A stretch of DNA of 63,605 bases, counting the filler, from Choristocarpus tenellus KU-1152 (lineage: Eukaryota; Protista; Phaeophyceae), in assembly GCA_964200185.2 (NCBI GenBank). It is 9 parts of 9 records of this genome, joined end to end, with 100 filler letters (N's around TTAATTAATTAA, not from the genome) between each part and the next. Parts side by side here need not be neighbours in the genome. Positions count along the whole stretch, not along the records: positions 38,833 to 45,055 come from CAXNAD020008644.1; positions 45,156 to 57,587 come from CAXNAD020001838.1; 7 more parts are not named here. The stretch is one strand, 5' to 3'. The notes under the pieces were generated by a model, which had not been told where the DNA came from, did no database searches, and saw only the letters and a program-made list of their open reading frames with translations. Below, one piece after another: positions 38,955-53,175 of this stretch; the first letter of the stretch is position 1; each line of letters begins with the position of its first letter. The translations under genes were made by a program, and so were the position numbers.

Positions 38955-41414
38955 ACTGCCAACACAAGAATGTTTTAGCAATCTCCATTCCTGATATTTA
39001 ATGAGTTTCTCAAATGTTATCCATTCTTCAACACAGCCCCCAAGTAGAACCACAGGATAGAACAGACACCTGGAGACAGGCGCATGCCACAAACTATGTT
39101 ATATTCACACATATATTCAAGAATATGCTTGCAACCACCAACCCCTCCCCCTACTTTCAAACTCTATGTTTCATCCCCCCCTTCCATGTATTGTATATTA
39201 CCATTCCCCTGTTGTTTCAATTCCTTACATCTTCTTTCACCTACATTGTTGGCAAGTCTCATCGTTCATCACTTTGAGCTCAAGGAGATCTCATCTACTT
39301 GGATTATGCAGTCGAGGAGCTTTGTTGAGTATGTTACCATAATACATTCCTCACAGTTGCAAAAAAAATCAGTGGGAACAAAGGCACAAAAGGCTGGTGG
39401 ATCTAGTCATTTTAGGTGGTCAATTTGACATATCAGGGAGGGGGGAGGGGGGGTGATGAATAGGTAACACGAAACATGCTCTAATAAAACTTCCTGAGCA
39501 TATTCAATTTTGCGTATGATCTACTGCACCACAAGGGCGATATCCTCCTCGGAATACTGTCTTACACATTAGCAGACAGGGTATGCTCTTGAGAAAGATG
39601 TCATGCATATAGTCACACACATCTCCCAGGGTTAAAAGGCACCAACGGCAGTCAAAGTGCAGGGTAGAAGGTGGCAGGAAACACACTTGAGGTTTTGAAG
39701 CAGGAAGCTAGGCAGGTAGGCCACCTTTGTTGTGCTTGAAGCGTCCTTCTCATTATTGCTCCATTAATGTTTAGGTTCAAATGAAAGCATTTTCAAGAAG
39801 CATGGTACTGGAGTATGACACTCCAACCAGAATTGTGCCACCCACTGGTCCCGCCTGGGGTGTCAATATATCGACCCGTTGATCCTCTTCTGTTGCGACT
39901 ATGCATGCATCTCCCTTGTAACCAAGGTTCTAAAATACGTGTATCTCCTCCAAAAATATGCTGGATCACGAGTGAGTTGACATCCAAGATAGATCCCACT
40001 ATGCGACAATATATCTTCCAGCTGTTCAGCTCTGCCCTGTATGTCCACCCCGCATCATCATTTCCATGAACAAGAAGTAGCACCATTATCATGCCATACC
40101 ATTGCTATACAATCAACCAACAAAGAAGGGGTCACCCAGAGGTTCTAATTCTCTCTCTTCTACCGCTGCCATAGGGCTCATTACACTGCTGCAGTCACAT
40201 TTAGTCCTTATCTGTCATTGCTAAGTTTCCATTCCGTTGCGTAAGAGAGTAACAAACCAGACCTCCACATGAAACCCCCAATACATTCCTAAGTAGCTCC
40301 ACAAACCTAAAATACCACCTTGTTGTCCATTTCTGTTCCGTTCCTCTTTAATAATACCTGCATTATCTACCACTACAAAAAAAAGGTGCTGCCACTGCTG
40401 CTAGGAAGTGTCACAGCTCCCCGAAGTATGTGATCCACTAAAGAAAACACACTCACAATGCACATACTACTGCAAGACAAAAGGGACTTCATATGGGTAT
40501 CGACATAGTGATTCCTTGTGGAGGGGTCAGAATCGCTCCCGTCGTATGAGTAGATCAGGATGCTACAAAATATTTATCACAAACTGGAAACAAATGCTAC
40601 ATCCATTGTGATTCTGCATGGTTCCCTTTAATTGAAGTACACAAACAGTAAATGTCACAGAAAAAAAATAAACTGTGTATCCCCAGTTGGTAAGCTATTC
40701 GAGTACTTTCAAAGAAGGGTGAAGATGATTTCTCCCACGAAGAGTGCCCGGTGCAATCACCTTGGATAACAAGCATAGAATATCAAAACACAACGAGCAT
40801 TACTACTGTGAGGCCTGCTTCCTCCAGCTATACTCTCAGGCAATTAATTAAACTGGAGCTATACTCTCAACACACCACATTTTCAACTTCTCCAAAGTCA
40901 CCCCCCATTATGTGAACCACATTGGAAATTTATGACATCACAGTGTCCACCTTTAACACAGGGTTTGAATCTTGTTAGAGAATGGTAACTAGCTGGACCT
41001 CTTGAACACGCATATTCGTGTAACATCGGAAAAACTCCTTAGAGGGTGGGAAACAGAACCTGGAGAGTTCAACCTTCACACATTCTGAAGCCTGGCCCTT
41101 TGATTCTCATATGCCCACAAGAACGATCACACCCATCTGCGAAGCTGTTATGGTTGAAGAATAGTATCAGCATAGATACCATTCTGTCGCAAACAATACT
41201 CAAGCTCGTTGATACGGAGGTCGACCTAATAGGCAGGCAGGTTGGTTGTGGAAGAGAGATCCCACGTACATGTGAAGGCACAGTACCCTCAGAGCACATA
41301 CATTAGTAGGAAGGAGAGCTATGCATATGGACTGAAGGCTACGCAACACACACAAGTTCAGCAAAACAAGTGCTTCGAGGCAAAAACGGCATGAATTCTA
41401 GCCCGCAAACAAAC

Positions 41415-42120
41415 CTCAAATAGAAATCGCCGGACATGCAGCCGCTCCTGCAAGGGAACGGTGCCCCACCGCCTCCGGATGACGTCTTCCAGCGTGCACC
41501 CGACGAAATGAAGCAAGTAAAGCTCCTGCTGCCCGCGACCTTGACCCTGAAAAGGTTCGTTGACACATGAGCGACCATCGTTTTAGGCTAAGATATGTGT
41601 GAGGGTTTGCTTGGTGAAAGTGAGACCGTAGCACTCGACGAATTTTAGGTCTCGAAGATATCCAAGTGTATACTGAAATCATTTTCCCTCCCCAAGATTA
41701 TGTTGAGGACATCCCTCCAGCGTATGCTGGCATGTTGCTCAAGGCACCCAGTGACAAGAAACTAACAGCACGATCTCTCAAATAGTGCAAGGAGTAGCGA
41801 CATGTAGCCGATTTGAATCATTGATACGCTCTTGAGGTTTCGTGGGTGTAAATGGGGTTTGACACCGTAGGCTGTTCCTCGAGAGATCAAATTAGCTATG
41901 CCAAGAGCATGTACCTCAATCGGCCTCAACACCCTACTTCAATAGTGGCATCGGACGTATTTGCACTATTCTTCCTTACCGCCTCTTTGAGGAGATCAAG
42001 GCACACCAGATGCACGTTAGGTAGCGTCCGAAAGTCGTGCAATCCTTTCTCGATCTGGTGCTTCTTTTCGTTTGGGGTTGCAACGGAGTAGAACTCACTC
42101 AACGCTGTTCCTAGATCCAT
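41415..42120 (-). CDS. XPO6: Exportin-6-like (importin-beta N-terminal domain), first two exons
   Basis: Exons 42120-41938 and 41546-41415 (GT-AG, phase 0): MDLGTALSEFYSVATPNEKKHQIEKGLHDF...LYLLHFVGCTLEDVIRRRWGTVPLQERLHVRRFLFE. Resembles the XPO6 N-terminus (EFF...TNERKREIEELL..F; ENLINKMWLGVP..DKMEIR). Downstream exons not identified. Confidence 0.65.
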
Positions 42121-45100
42121 GACGAGATGTTGCGATCGAAAAGAAGGCCGCAGCTGCTTAGCAACCGAGCCAGTCTAGTTAGCAAGAGTATTATTTTTCG
42201 GACGAGGAAGTAGGGACTTGAGGGCCATCAAGCAGGGCCGTCAAGGACTTGGGGAAGGAGACTTTAAGGAAGTATGAGAGGGATTGGGTTTGATATCGGA
42301 GGGTTCGCGATCCAAAAAATATCAAATAGTGGTGACCGATGTATGTGGAAAGAAGATATATCTGTCACTCTACTCCATATTACACCGTTTTTTGAACCCC
42401 AAAACTCCCAATCAATTCATGAAGAGAGCATCAATGTTCACCCACAGCGTACCTTGGAATTTGAGTAGGGGGCAACAAGTTGGAATAGGAATGTCTCTGA
42501 GGTAAAATAGAAATTGAAACCTCTTCTTGGAGGAATGAATTGTGGGAGTCTCCTGTCACCTGTCACCTGTCAGACCTATTGAGAAATACTGTATGCTGTA
42601 ACATATTTCATATGACATATTGACATCTGTCGCCCATACCCCATTCCTTCTTCCTTCACATGACATGGGTGACAGTGTATCTAATTGTCCCCATTATATA
42701 CTTCGAGGAATGATGTATGAGTGGAGCTGGAGAAAGAAGTGCAAGCCTGCAACGCCGTCAAGCCACCACCCCTGAACAGGTGAAGCGAAAATGCTGTGTG
42801 ATAGTGAACAGGTGCGATGTTTTCTGATCTTATGAACCTTTTTGATACAGGGAGGAATACTGTCCAGTACTCTGAGGTGAAAGGCAGCCCAGAGGGTTTA
42901 TGTGGAAGCAGGTTCTGCCCACTTGTCTAGACCCTACTACCAACACCCTTACCGTATCCCAGAGAATGAGCATGATGAAGATATTTGTAGGCAGGTGGAG
43001 TTGGAAGCTGTAGGCATGGTAGAGTAGTACGAGCACAGGAGGCAGAGAATAGTCCAGTGGCGGAAATTAAGAGTACCACAAAAAAAACGCCTCTGTGACC
43101 CCTCATTAGGTGTAAGGTCTTTTGCCTTGTGGCACGACGTGGTACTTGCTTGTCAGCTGTGCGAAGCACGCCTCGCCAGTTGCGCTTCGCTCAAGGTTCG
43201 ATTATAATGAAGTTGGTATAATTTTTTTGATCGATTGAACTAGTACTCATGAATTCTATCGATTCACAACTCTACTACTGCTAATCACAGAATATTCAGG
43301 TATTGACCTATATCAGTCCGATTGTTCGAGATGTTTGGATATATCAGTTATATGGGAGAAGAATACTTCTCCATTTCTTTCCAGCACTAGCCCTAGCCCA
43401 AAGCCCAATCGTAATATCTTACTCTCCCCCCCACCAAAAAAAAGGCACATATCCGACTGATTAACAAACAACCTCATTTGACATTCCTTTCGTAGAGTAG
43501 GTAGTGACGAAAGATGCAATAACTGTTCACTCCAGCTGTACTGTTATAATAGTTCTTGAAATAACATTATAGAAAGAGACGCCAATAGTAGCAAACGCTG
43601 ATCACACAACAATGTACTCCAAAGTATAATTTGGGTCGTATTACTCTCATTCGTTGGGTAAGGTCAGGGTTTGAGTTTGGTAGTGGGTTGGTGTCCTGGC
43701 CGGTTGAATGATGACTAGGTGGCCTGGTTGGGTAGAGTGCTGGGCACCTGCTTTCCGCGCTGGTTGGCCACTGCCCACTTGCACTAAACTCTATCTATCT
43801 ATCTCTCTGCCACTGTGCCGCACACTCTCAACCATCAGCGGTCATCAGTACACCTTTCTCGGCGCTCACATTATTCACACTGGGTAGATGGTTAGTTAGG
43901 ATACGTCCCACACTTTATTCAAGTGTTGTTACAGCCAATATGACCCCAAAATCCTAGTCCTTTATATTTTAATCAAGACATTTCAAATGTCCACACTCTG
44001 AAGATGGCATTCCAACCGCTCATACTTGTTTTTTAATCGATATGACGCAAACTCTCAGTATTAGTTATAATCCCTTTGTTCTGTAGGTGCCTCCTGGTAG
44101 GGATTCCTGCCTGGGCATCCCAGACATTTTTGTCATGCGTGATTAATTTGGGCATTCTGACTGAGGAGGGGACATACATAATAATAACATTATCCAACTT
44201 TCAGCATTATCTATGTTGGCATGCATGATGGCAGCCATGGTGACCGCCTAACAGTTGTTAAAGAGAAAGTCCCTATTTTTATCTAGACTACGTACTACTA
44301 CGTGTTGCAGTCTCTAGATACAGAGATAGTTACATATGTTGTGTCTGTAATTACTTGTTGCCATCTTCTATGCAGTACCAGTATCCCTACAGTTTCCCTG
44401 CAGTGTGGGTTTGATTCGATTGACTAGCTCCGGCACAGGTCTAGATTTACGGCTGGAGCTACGGCTAGAGCTACGGGAAGTGCTACTTGAAGTATGTACT
44501 CAGAAGTTTTAGCCATACACGGGATACAACCATCATCCATACATTGTGTTACCGTCTCACAGCACCCACCTAAAACAAATTCCACAGTATAGACTCAAGT
44601 TGCTCTAACACCCCCAGCACATCAACACAATTGTATCGAAATAGAGGAACTAGGGTGGGAACTTATTGTTAGTGCTGCTGCCATCATCATTATTATGATA
44701 AAAATAATGTGCACACTACCACCATACTTCGCACTCGCACTCTACCACTACTACCACCACAACACAGCAAGCAGTTCGTGTCATAAACTTTGCAGTGGCA
44801 GAAGGGGAGCTAGGAAAGGTCACCAGCTTCTACTGTTCATACCACTTCTTAGTGAGTGGTTGCTGCTGCTTAAGCCCCTATATATATTTGTCAATATATG
44901 ATTCAGTGCGGTTATATGTGGCAGGGAATTTGCCTGGCAACAACCAATTATTGTTGTACTACGATGTACTAATAATGTACTCCGGATTAGTACGTTGAGA
45001 ATGTAGTGTGTGTGTGTGAGCGTAAATGACAAGAGCTCAAAGTATCTGGGGGGGGNNNNNNNNNNNNNNNNNNNNNNNNNNNNNNNNNNNNNNNNNNNNT

Positions 45101-45260
45101 TAATTAATTAANNNNNNNNNNNNNNNNNNNNNNNNNNNNNNNNNNNNNNNNNNNNTGTAGAGTGTATATTATTACAGCAACACTGGAGAAATCTCTGACC
45201 TGCTTGCCCCCCCCCCCCCGCCATCACCCCTTGCTTGCACTCTCTCCTCCAATGTTTTAG

Positions 45261-48200
45261 CCTTCGGTACGAGGTATCCTTGACGGGAGAGTCCCTTGCA
45301 TCTACCCTGCACATCACCAATTCAGGGGAGACACCTTTTGATTTCCAGGTGTGAGAGTGGAGTGGGATGGTTGAGGGGGTACAAAACGTGCTGGAGTTTC
45401 TTGCACTTATCACCCTCTTCAAGACTTATATGGGCCCCAATGACTGTCTTCTGGTATTTTGTGTTGCGAGCACCGTGGAAGATACCTTCGGCTAACAGTG
45501 TGCTTTTCTGCTTTTGCAGCCACACTCACCTAAAGTTGGTTGACTGTATTTTAGGCGTGGGCATGGTGTGTATCGCACAAGTTAAAAAAAAAAGGTCGTG
45601 GAACTCAAGAGGGAAAAATCAACCCCCCTCTTAAATGGTTTCACTCTGTGTTCATCTTGTTGCTTGTCAACAGTGACGTTTCACCTCTCTCTCTCTCTCT
45701 CTGCCAAGGAAGCAAAATGCTGATTGCTCCAATAGTACTCTGGGGTAGTTACGCATCTTGCTCATTCACTGAGGTAAGAAAAATGCCCTTGGGACTCAAG
45801 TCGAGAAACTGAGAAAAAGTTTTATATGATAGTAGGAAGGGACTGACCACGTCGTTTATTCCCAACATCTTCTGTAGTAAAATTATTAATATAATGCCTA
45901 TAGCTCTGCCCTCACTGACACCAATCTATGACTTTGTGTTGTAAGGCTTTGCTGCACACTTATCTGCGAGTTCCGGAGATAAAGGACGTCAAGGTGAAGG
46001 GGTTTGAGGGGATGAGCTTCAGGGATCAGGTGCGGGGCGGGTCAGGATGCTCTGGAATTTGCAGTCTTTGTGTGAAAATAAATGGTGTGTATCCTGCTAG
46101 ACATGTCAAGGGTTGTTGTAGAAGGTATCATGGATAATGTATCGATGGCATATATCTTGCTTTGGACGGTAGAGGACTGTATCATGCTAGTTGTTTTTTG
46201 ATGCTATTATTATTCGTATTACTTGGAGCGAGATTTTGATTTTCTACTGATTTGATGGAAGGTCCACCGTGCGTGACAAGAACCATGAAAATCTTTCGTG
46301 TGAGTTTGGCCTAAAAAATTTGTGTTTCAAGAGTCACCTACTGTAGAACATGGTTGATTGAGTACTGACTGGTGTATTCATGTTTATCACCATTAGCACT
46401 AGTGTTCCATAACAGTGAGCTGGAATTCAGCCCCCTCTCAGGATTGTCTCACCGTTGTCACAGCAGTATGATTTCGTTTTTAGTGGTATTTTGAGTATTA
46501 GCACCTGTTACAATGCACCAGGTTAAGAGGTAACTAATCCATAGCTGCGCACATCTGTCTTGTCCTCTTAACCATCTTTAGACCCCATTGTACTGCCGAA
46601 ATCCCATGCATTGTTTCTAGTCCGTTGCCTCTGCCTCAAACTTCTACTTCTACTGACCTTCTCCTCGGTACATGAGTGCTAAGACCAATCTCCACCTCTG
46701 ACGTGCTGTTGGTGTGAGAAGTGAAGTTTAGGATATTCTCCTGTGCATGCACCCATACCCTGACCCTCTCATCGCATGAACAGTTTGTGCGCATGTCTAA
46801 TTTAACATTACATCAACCATGTGAAAAAATGAGGTGTCCACAAGTTGGAAAGGTGTTGCACATACCCTGCAGTATGTTATTTTTTCTTCCTGCCTGTGCT
46901 GAGTTTTTGTACGCGTGTACCCACTTATATATATCCAGGTACTAACCCTAACCCTAGCGCTACTTCGGGCCATTCCCTTTGCTCTAACTTTGCATGCCCG
47001 TTGCACCTTTCCTGGTATTTTGTTTCTCATGTGAATGATGGTGGGCACCTTCCCAATCCCATTAGCTGGTTGACAACCTGGAAAGTGTTGATGACCGACC
47101 GGAGGCTGTGTTTGAGAAAGAAGTGGACAGGTGATGAATGATTCAATTGTACGTTTTTAATGCAGAATGTGGGACCGCTTCTAGATATGCATCAGGGCAT
47201 CTTGGTGCAATATTGTGGTCGATAATATGGACATAGTACAGCTAAAACATCTGAAAACTTTGTATAAGTCCTTGGACTGTAGTACCAAGTATAGTACTAG
47301 ATTACTGCTACTACGTGCAAGTATATACTCCAAGAATAAGTGTTGAGGTACAATGGCACACCAAGTACAGGCTAATCGCTTGTGTCTCATGTGTGTACGC
47401 AGCAGTATTATGTTTGACTTCCCTGCGCCCACCCTCTAACCCCATACAGAACAGAATTTTGGTGTAACTGTCCTAGGCACTCATGGTCCATTGTGTTCCT
47501 ATGATTTGACCAAGCTATGAACATACCTTTCACTTTCAATTTCAAAAGTCAGAAGTAAGAGATACTCCTCCTTGTATGAGAAGGGACTAAGAAAGGGCTC
47601 AGCGAAAGCAATAACCTGGGTGCCCTTGAAGCGCATAGCCATAATATTTGAAACCCCAACTGCATGTTGGGATCTATGAAAGTGTATATTTGGAATATAC
47701 AGTCAGATTTGCAAAGAAGGAAATATATTTAACAGATTTCTACTTTTGTCACACACAGTGGGGTCCGGACTTGGGTCTGACTTCTTGGCTAGTCACAGGT
47801 TGAGGTCTTGAATCTGAGTCTGAGGTACAGTGTCATTTGGGGTCTGAGACCAGGACAGTAGTGTAAGTCCTTGTTCTGGGTCTTGAGTCTAGTCTAGCCA
47901 CAGTTACATGTATAGGAGTCGTGTCTTGTCCAATAGCTCATGTTTGCACTATTTCTTACTAGTACTAAGGAAATGAGGGTGGGTTTTTGTTCTTCATGTT
48001 TACTACCATATTCAGGTACCAGGCTTGGTTCTCACCTCTGCTCATGCCATAGGTTGGGTTTGTGTCTAGGTGTGAGGGACAAGGTTTTGTCCCTGAGTCG
48101 GGTAAGATGGTGCACTATGGCCATAGACTTGGATGATAATATGTGGATCTAGATCTGTGCTGGGCCTGTGTACCTGGAACTAGTGGGACGTGGGAAAGCA

Positions 48201-51200
48201 AGGAAATGACCCTGTAAAAATTTATTGATGAAGCATCGAATAGGCTGTTGGAAGGGAGGGTTACTTTAGCAGTGATGATGTTGATAATGATATGTACGAA
48301 TGGATGACCGGTGAATTTCTTTTGGTACTCACCCTGTAAAACAGCATTCTTAGGCCTCCCTTCAAAATCTTTCCGAGTTTAGGCATCTTCAAGATTGAGT
48401 ACTCCTCTGACATGTGTGATTTGATTGCATGGAAAATAGCTGCCTCCAGTTGTACTATACTCTTAAATGTAATCGAGTTGTAGTTGGTTTTGCTGGGCAT
48501 CCACACACTCGCTGAAGCAAGTGGCAAATCTTTGCAGAAATCAGAGCACCATAGGTGTTGCTATTAAGTGAAAGTATCTTAGAGGGTACAATTTTTACCC
48601 TGTTTGTCCATTTGGGGCTTGGCTTCTTATGGGATGTTTTATGGCATTTTCCTACTCCAGAATGTTTAGGAGTAGGTAAAATGTGTTCATTATGAAAAGA
48701 TGTGTCCGGAACAAGGATACTAACACTTCCCAACAAAACACAATAGCCAAAATTGCATCAAAATCGCAACATTGGATTTTGGCCCCCAAATGGACGCGGC
48801 ACTACCCTCTAAGATACTTTGACTCATTAACAATACGCTGATATTTCAACAATACTTCGATGGGTTCTTACCCACTGCTAGTTGGACATGCATCTTACAT
48901 ATACCCTCGCAACCTATGCTAGAACGGTCCACACGCTCAACATTATTTGTACTCTGGAGTAGTTGGTGCGCAAAGGGAAATCATATATACTCTATATTTC
49001 GAATTATGTATGTTTTACATTAAAAAAAACATCTACAATTCATAGCCCTATGCATTTAGTCTTGAAAGGATGCTCATTTTGTGGCGACAGAAAAGACACT
49101 GTTAGTTCCTACCCAACATGGTGGAGCCTGGAAGCTAGACATAGCCCACCTCCAAGGGAGAATCCAGTGTAGGAGTCTATATGCTTCACCTTAATAGTTG
49201 GATATTTTAGAGCTATGTGATGTAGGGACCAATAATCGAATCTAGTAGTGATTAATTTCCTTTTTTGGTTCATACCATTGTAACTTTGACGGTGCATGTG
49301 ATACAATGAAGGGTCTACTCTGGAGCAATCCCGGATGTGTCTGTCGTTGGCAGCACGAGCGTCACCAAGACTTGTGTTAAAAAAGGTCCAGCAACAGAAG
49401 AGGTAAGAATGGGCAACAGTGGTGGAGGTGACTTGACTGTACTGTGGAGCATCCAAGCCATTTTCAAAAAGGGAAGGTCGTATTCCTAGCCACCCTTACA
49501 CAATTCGTGCCTTTGCACATATTAGGGAGTTTGAAGCTGGCTGGTCTTGTGATTGTGTCGGCAGATTGCATGTTTTTGATATTGTAGTGGTAACGATGTG
49601 TTGTCTCCAAATATCTCCACATTCCAGAACATTATTTAAGCTCTGCACCTCTGGTAGCCGGCAGGTTAACTTGACGAAGCAATTCAATAGCACAAGAAAG
49701 TTCCTTCATCATACGATGGTTCTCATTGAACACACTGAGTGTCTGTCACTATTGTTTGTGTACTTCTTAGTCGTTTCACATAATTGATATTATTTCCAAG
49801 CAAACTATAAGATTTTCTTTGAAGCATCGATAAAGAGACAAGTGCCATTCCCTCGGTGTTCTGCTATCTGCAGGAGAGTGTGCCTGTGGATGTTGTGCTG
49901 TGGAACCCTTGGGTGGAGAAGGCGCAGGTGTGTACAGTTGAGGATGAGCCAGTTCTTGCATGTCAACCTACACGGAGAAGTGATGCTGCCAGGCGAATGC
50001 ATCTCATTGGCCTGTTGCAGCAGATAGAGCATCCCATTTTTGCGAACATTGTTGCTCTTCATTCTTATCCTCAATCCCCGCAGTCTTCTATTTTTTATTC
50101 TTTGCATTACTCAGATTTGAATGAACGTTATGATCAACACTCACCACCATGATTCAAATGGAAGAAATTGCTCACTGCCGCCTCTGTTTACGGAGTTCTT
50201 GTTGTGCACCAGATCCAATCTGGAGTATCTCTTGCGTTAGAGAAACTGTCAAATATGTTTTCAGTAGTGATTGGTCTTGTGATCGATCATGTGGCAGGGG
50301 TGTAAATATTGTCCAACATGTGTGCTTTGTTGATCATATCTCAGACTGCTTCTTTCAAAGTCATACATGCCATACTACTGACTAAACCACAACCCTATGT
50401 ACATCCTGGTTGTGGAAGCTGCATACCACATTCATGTGGACAAGGAGCAGTGCATACCACAACCAAGCGGCTGATGAGTAGATCTGTAGCATAGTTACAA
50501 CTAACATATTGTTTTAGATCTGGCTATGATCGTTTCTTGTTAAATGTAGTGCATCCTTTTATGCTTGGATCGCCTTCGATTTTCCTTGGTTGACTCAAGT
50601 GCTTGCATCTCTCACTTTGTCCTTGCAGCGCCTTGCTGACTTTGGTGACCAGGAGTTCCACAGCATGGTGTGCATCGAGCCTGGCCTTGTCTCCAAGTTT
50701 TTCAGGTGTTTGCATGCGAGATCTGTGTTACCTATAGGTCTAGAATCGCAATATCTTGTTTTTGTGGGGAAGTTTGCTGGTGTATTTGGTGATATTTAGT
50801 TGAATCCCATCCATTTACCCGGAACAAGTAGAAAATGAATTTGTCTCCCTTAGTAGATAAGTGAAGATATTTTGTTTGTAATGCTGGTGGAACAGACAAA
50901 CTAAGAGTCCTCTGCAATATGCATGTAGCAAACTACCACATGGACTCACAAATGGATGAGAGCCTTTCTTGTTCGCCATGACCCTCTTTTCGCCTTGCCC
51001 TCTTCAAGACCCATTGGTGATGTAGTTTTCACAAAGCTACTTGAGTTGTATAGGATTGAGTCTTATGTTTTTGTACTAAGCCAAGAGAACGCAAGCAATT
51101 TTCTATGCTGTTGTTTTCTTTTCTATTTTTTTTTTTTTTAACTAGCAGGAGGAAGGGTGGTTTAGTAGAAAATGGTATTTGTGAGCTTTATTGTTTTGAC

Positions 51201-51289
51201 TTCGAAAAATGTTTTTACCACTTTTGTTTTCTTGTGTTTTAGTTTGAAATTATTATTATTATTATTGTTTTTGTGCTACGCTAAGAGAA

Positions 51290-51331
<42 letters not shown>

Positions 51332-51507
51332 AAATATTTTGCCTGCATTATTGAGCAGCCAGTTCTCCCACAGAGACATAATGATTGAAAACACGCCTCA
51401 AAATCCTTTCCCTATCCATCGCTTCACCCATTCTTTCTGTTTTGACTTTCAGTATACTTCCTGGCCAGACCTATTCGCTGGGGCAGGTGCTTAGCCCCAT
51501 CTCTTGA
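45261..51507 (+). CDS. Glucose-6-phosphate 1-epimerase (aldose 1-epimerase/YeaD-like), spliced, 5'-partial
   Basis: Exons 45261-45348, 45946-46029, 47066-47130, 49312-49402, 49874-49927, 50629-50705 and 51453-51507 splice in phase: ..ITNSGETPFDFQALLHTYLRV...EVDRVY...DVVLWNPWVEKAQRLADFGDQEFHSMVCIEPG...ILPGQTYSLGQVLSPIS*. Catalytic HTY and CIE motifs present. Confidence 0.93.
48566..48825 (+). mobile_element. MITE family A in epimerase intron
   Basis: Family A TIRs; ATT on both flanks. Confidence 0.9.
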
Positions 51508-52906
51508 GTATTGGCGACCCCTTTGTCCTATGTGGGGATGGCAGTACAACGCGTGATGGGCTGTGGACTTATATGGGTGTTTTTTGTGTTCCATGTTGAG
51601 TATATTTGTTGCTGCGTGGATGGTGGATATCACTGCAGTAGAGTAATGGTGAATACAGAAGACAGCAGAGACACGCAAGAGGACGTGAGTCGATGATCTG
51701 GGTTGTCAATCTGTGCAATAGGTACATACTGGAGTGTGTGCTTGGTGTGCTGGTTCTATGTCTGTGTGCTTGGTGTATGGTGGATGTCAAGGGTGGAAAG
51801 AGGGTACTAGTAGTATTCTATTGCTATCAAAAATATGGTGAACATTTGTTTTGTTCTTGTGATAAGACCACATGATATTTGCTATTTTTGATAATGGTTT
51901 TTGGTTATGGGTTGGGGTATGGTAGCAGTTGCCTGGGGTTGAGTTTGGGGATGGTTGCTTTGAATGGCTAACTGGTGCATCGCCATTAGTTGTCCTTGCT
52001 TGCTGTGTCACATTTACCAGGAGAGATTACCCAGTTTTTTCATAACCCCCCTCAAAGATTAATATCAATGTGTACCCACCTATATATTGTCTATGCAGCA
52101 TAGTGTGATAGTGATGATTTATTCTCCACTTTAACCAAGATATTTGCACCGCTCAGTCTTCCTGCACGGTTCTGAAGTAGTCTTATTTAGCACCCTTATT
52201 ATACCTCAGCGATAGTTTATAAAGTTCTGTTTTGAAGGAATGCGCAGTTCAAACCTGGTCAACATGCCATCTTGCAAGTCGTTACCACTGAAGCTGCAAA
52301 GGCGTCTACTGGTTCAAGCTGGCAGCCCAAGATAACAACGGGTTAACGTCTGTGTGTGAGATGTTCCTCAAATGTTCGGCAGGCTTCCACAGCATATACC
52401 ATTATCCTGCCCCAATATTATACTTTCATCCCATTGTGTACAAATACAATTTTATTCATTGATTTGGAAATAATAAAACCCCACTTTAAGTGTATATAAT
52501 TCAGAGAAAATATAGCCGTCGCAACCAACACAGTTTGAATGTAGGGTTATTTTGCTACCCTTGTCTATTTGAGGTCACACCACTATCCACGACATTTGTC
52601 AATTAATGTGCATGAAGCCTGTGGAGGCTTTGGGTCAGGAGGTTTCAAGGATACATCTGCCTAGGATGTCCCCCCATGAGTGTATTTCAAAAAGGTCTGT
52701 AAGCCCAAATTTTCATACCTTGGGCGAAAGCCTCCACCAGGTGAGGGACGTTTTTCTCCATGGTTCCACACGCAGCTCACCTCTTGAAGAGTGTGCTGTG
52801 CGTACAGTGCATGCTTCGATTTTGTGGAGATTGGGAGCAAAATCGTCGTTTTGCCTCTGAGAATGATAATAATATGTGGACTACCCAGATAGGCTCTTCT
52901 TGCTTT

Positions 52907-53175
52907 GAGTAAGTAGTATCTTAGAGGGTACCATTTTTGCCCTGTTTGTCTGTTTGAGGCTTTGCTTTGCACAAATTTTTCATGCCATTTTCCTATGCCG
53001 AAATGTTTCAGAGTAGGTAAAATTTGTACTTTTTCGAGTAGGTATCATATATTTGTCCGGAACAAGGATTTTGACACTTCCTAGCAAACACGATAGCCAA
53101 AATGACATAAAAATCGCAACATTGCATTTTGACCCCCAAATGGATGCGGCTCTATCCTCCAAGATACTTCAACTC
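52907..53175 (+). mobile_element. MITE family A
   Basis: Colinear with the other copies; TIRs degenerate. Confidence 0.85.
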
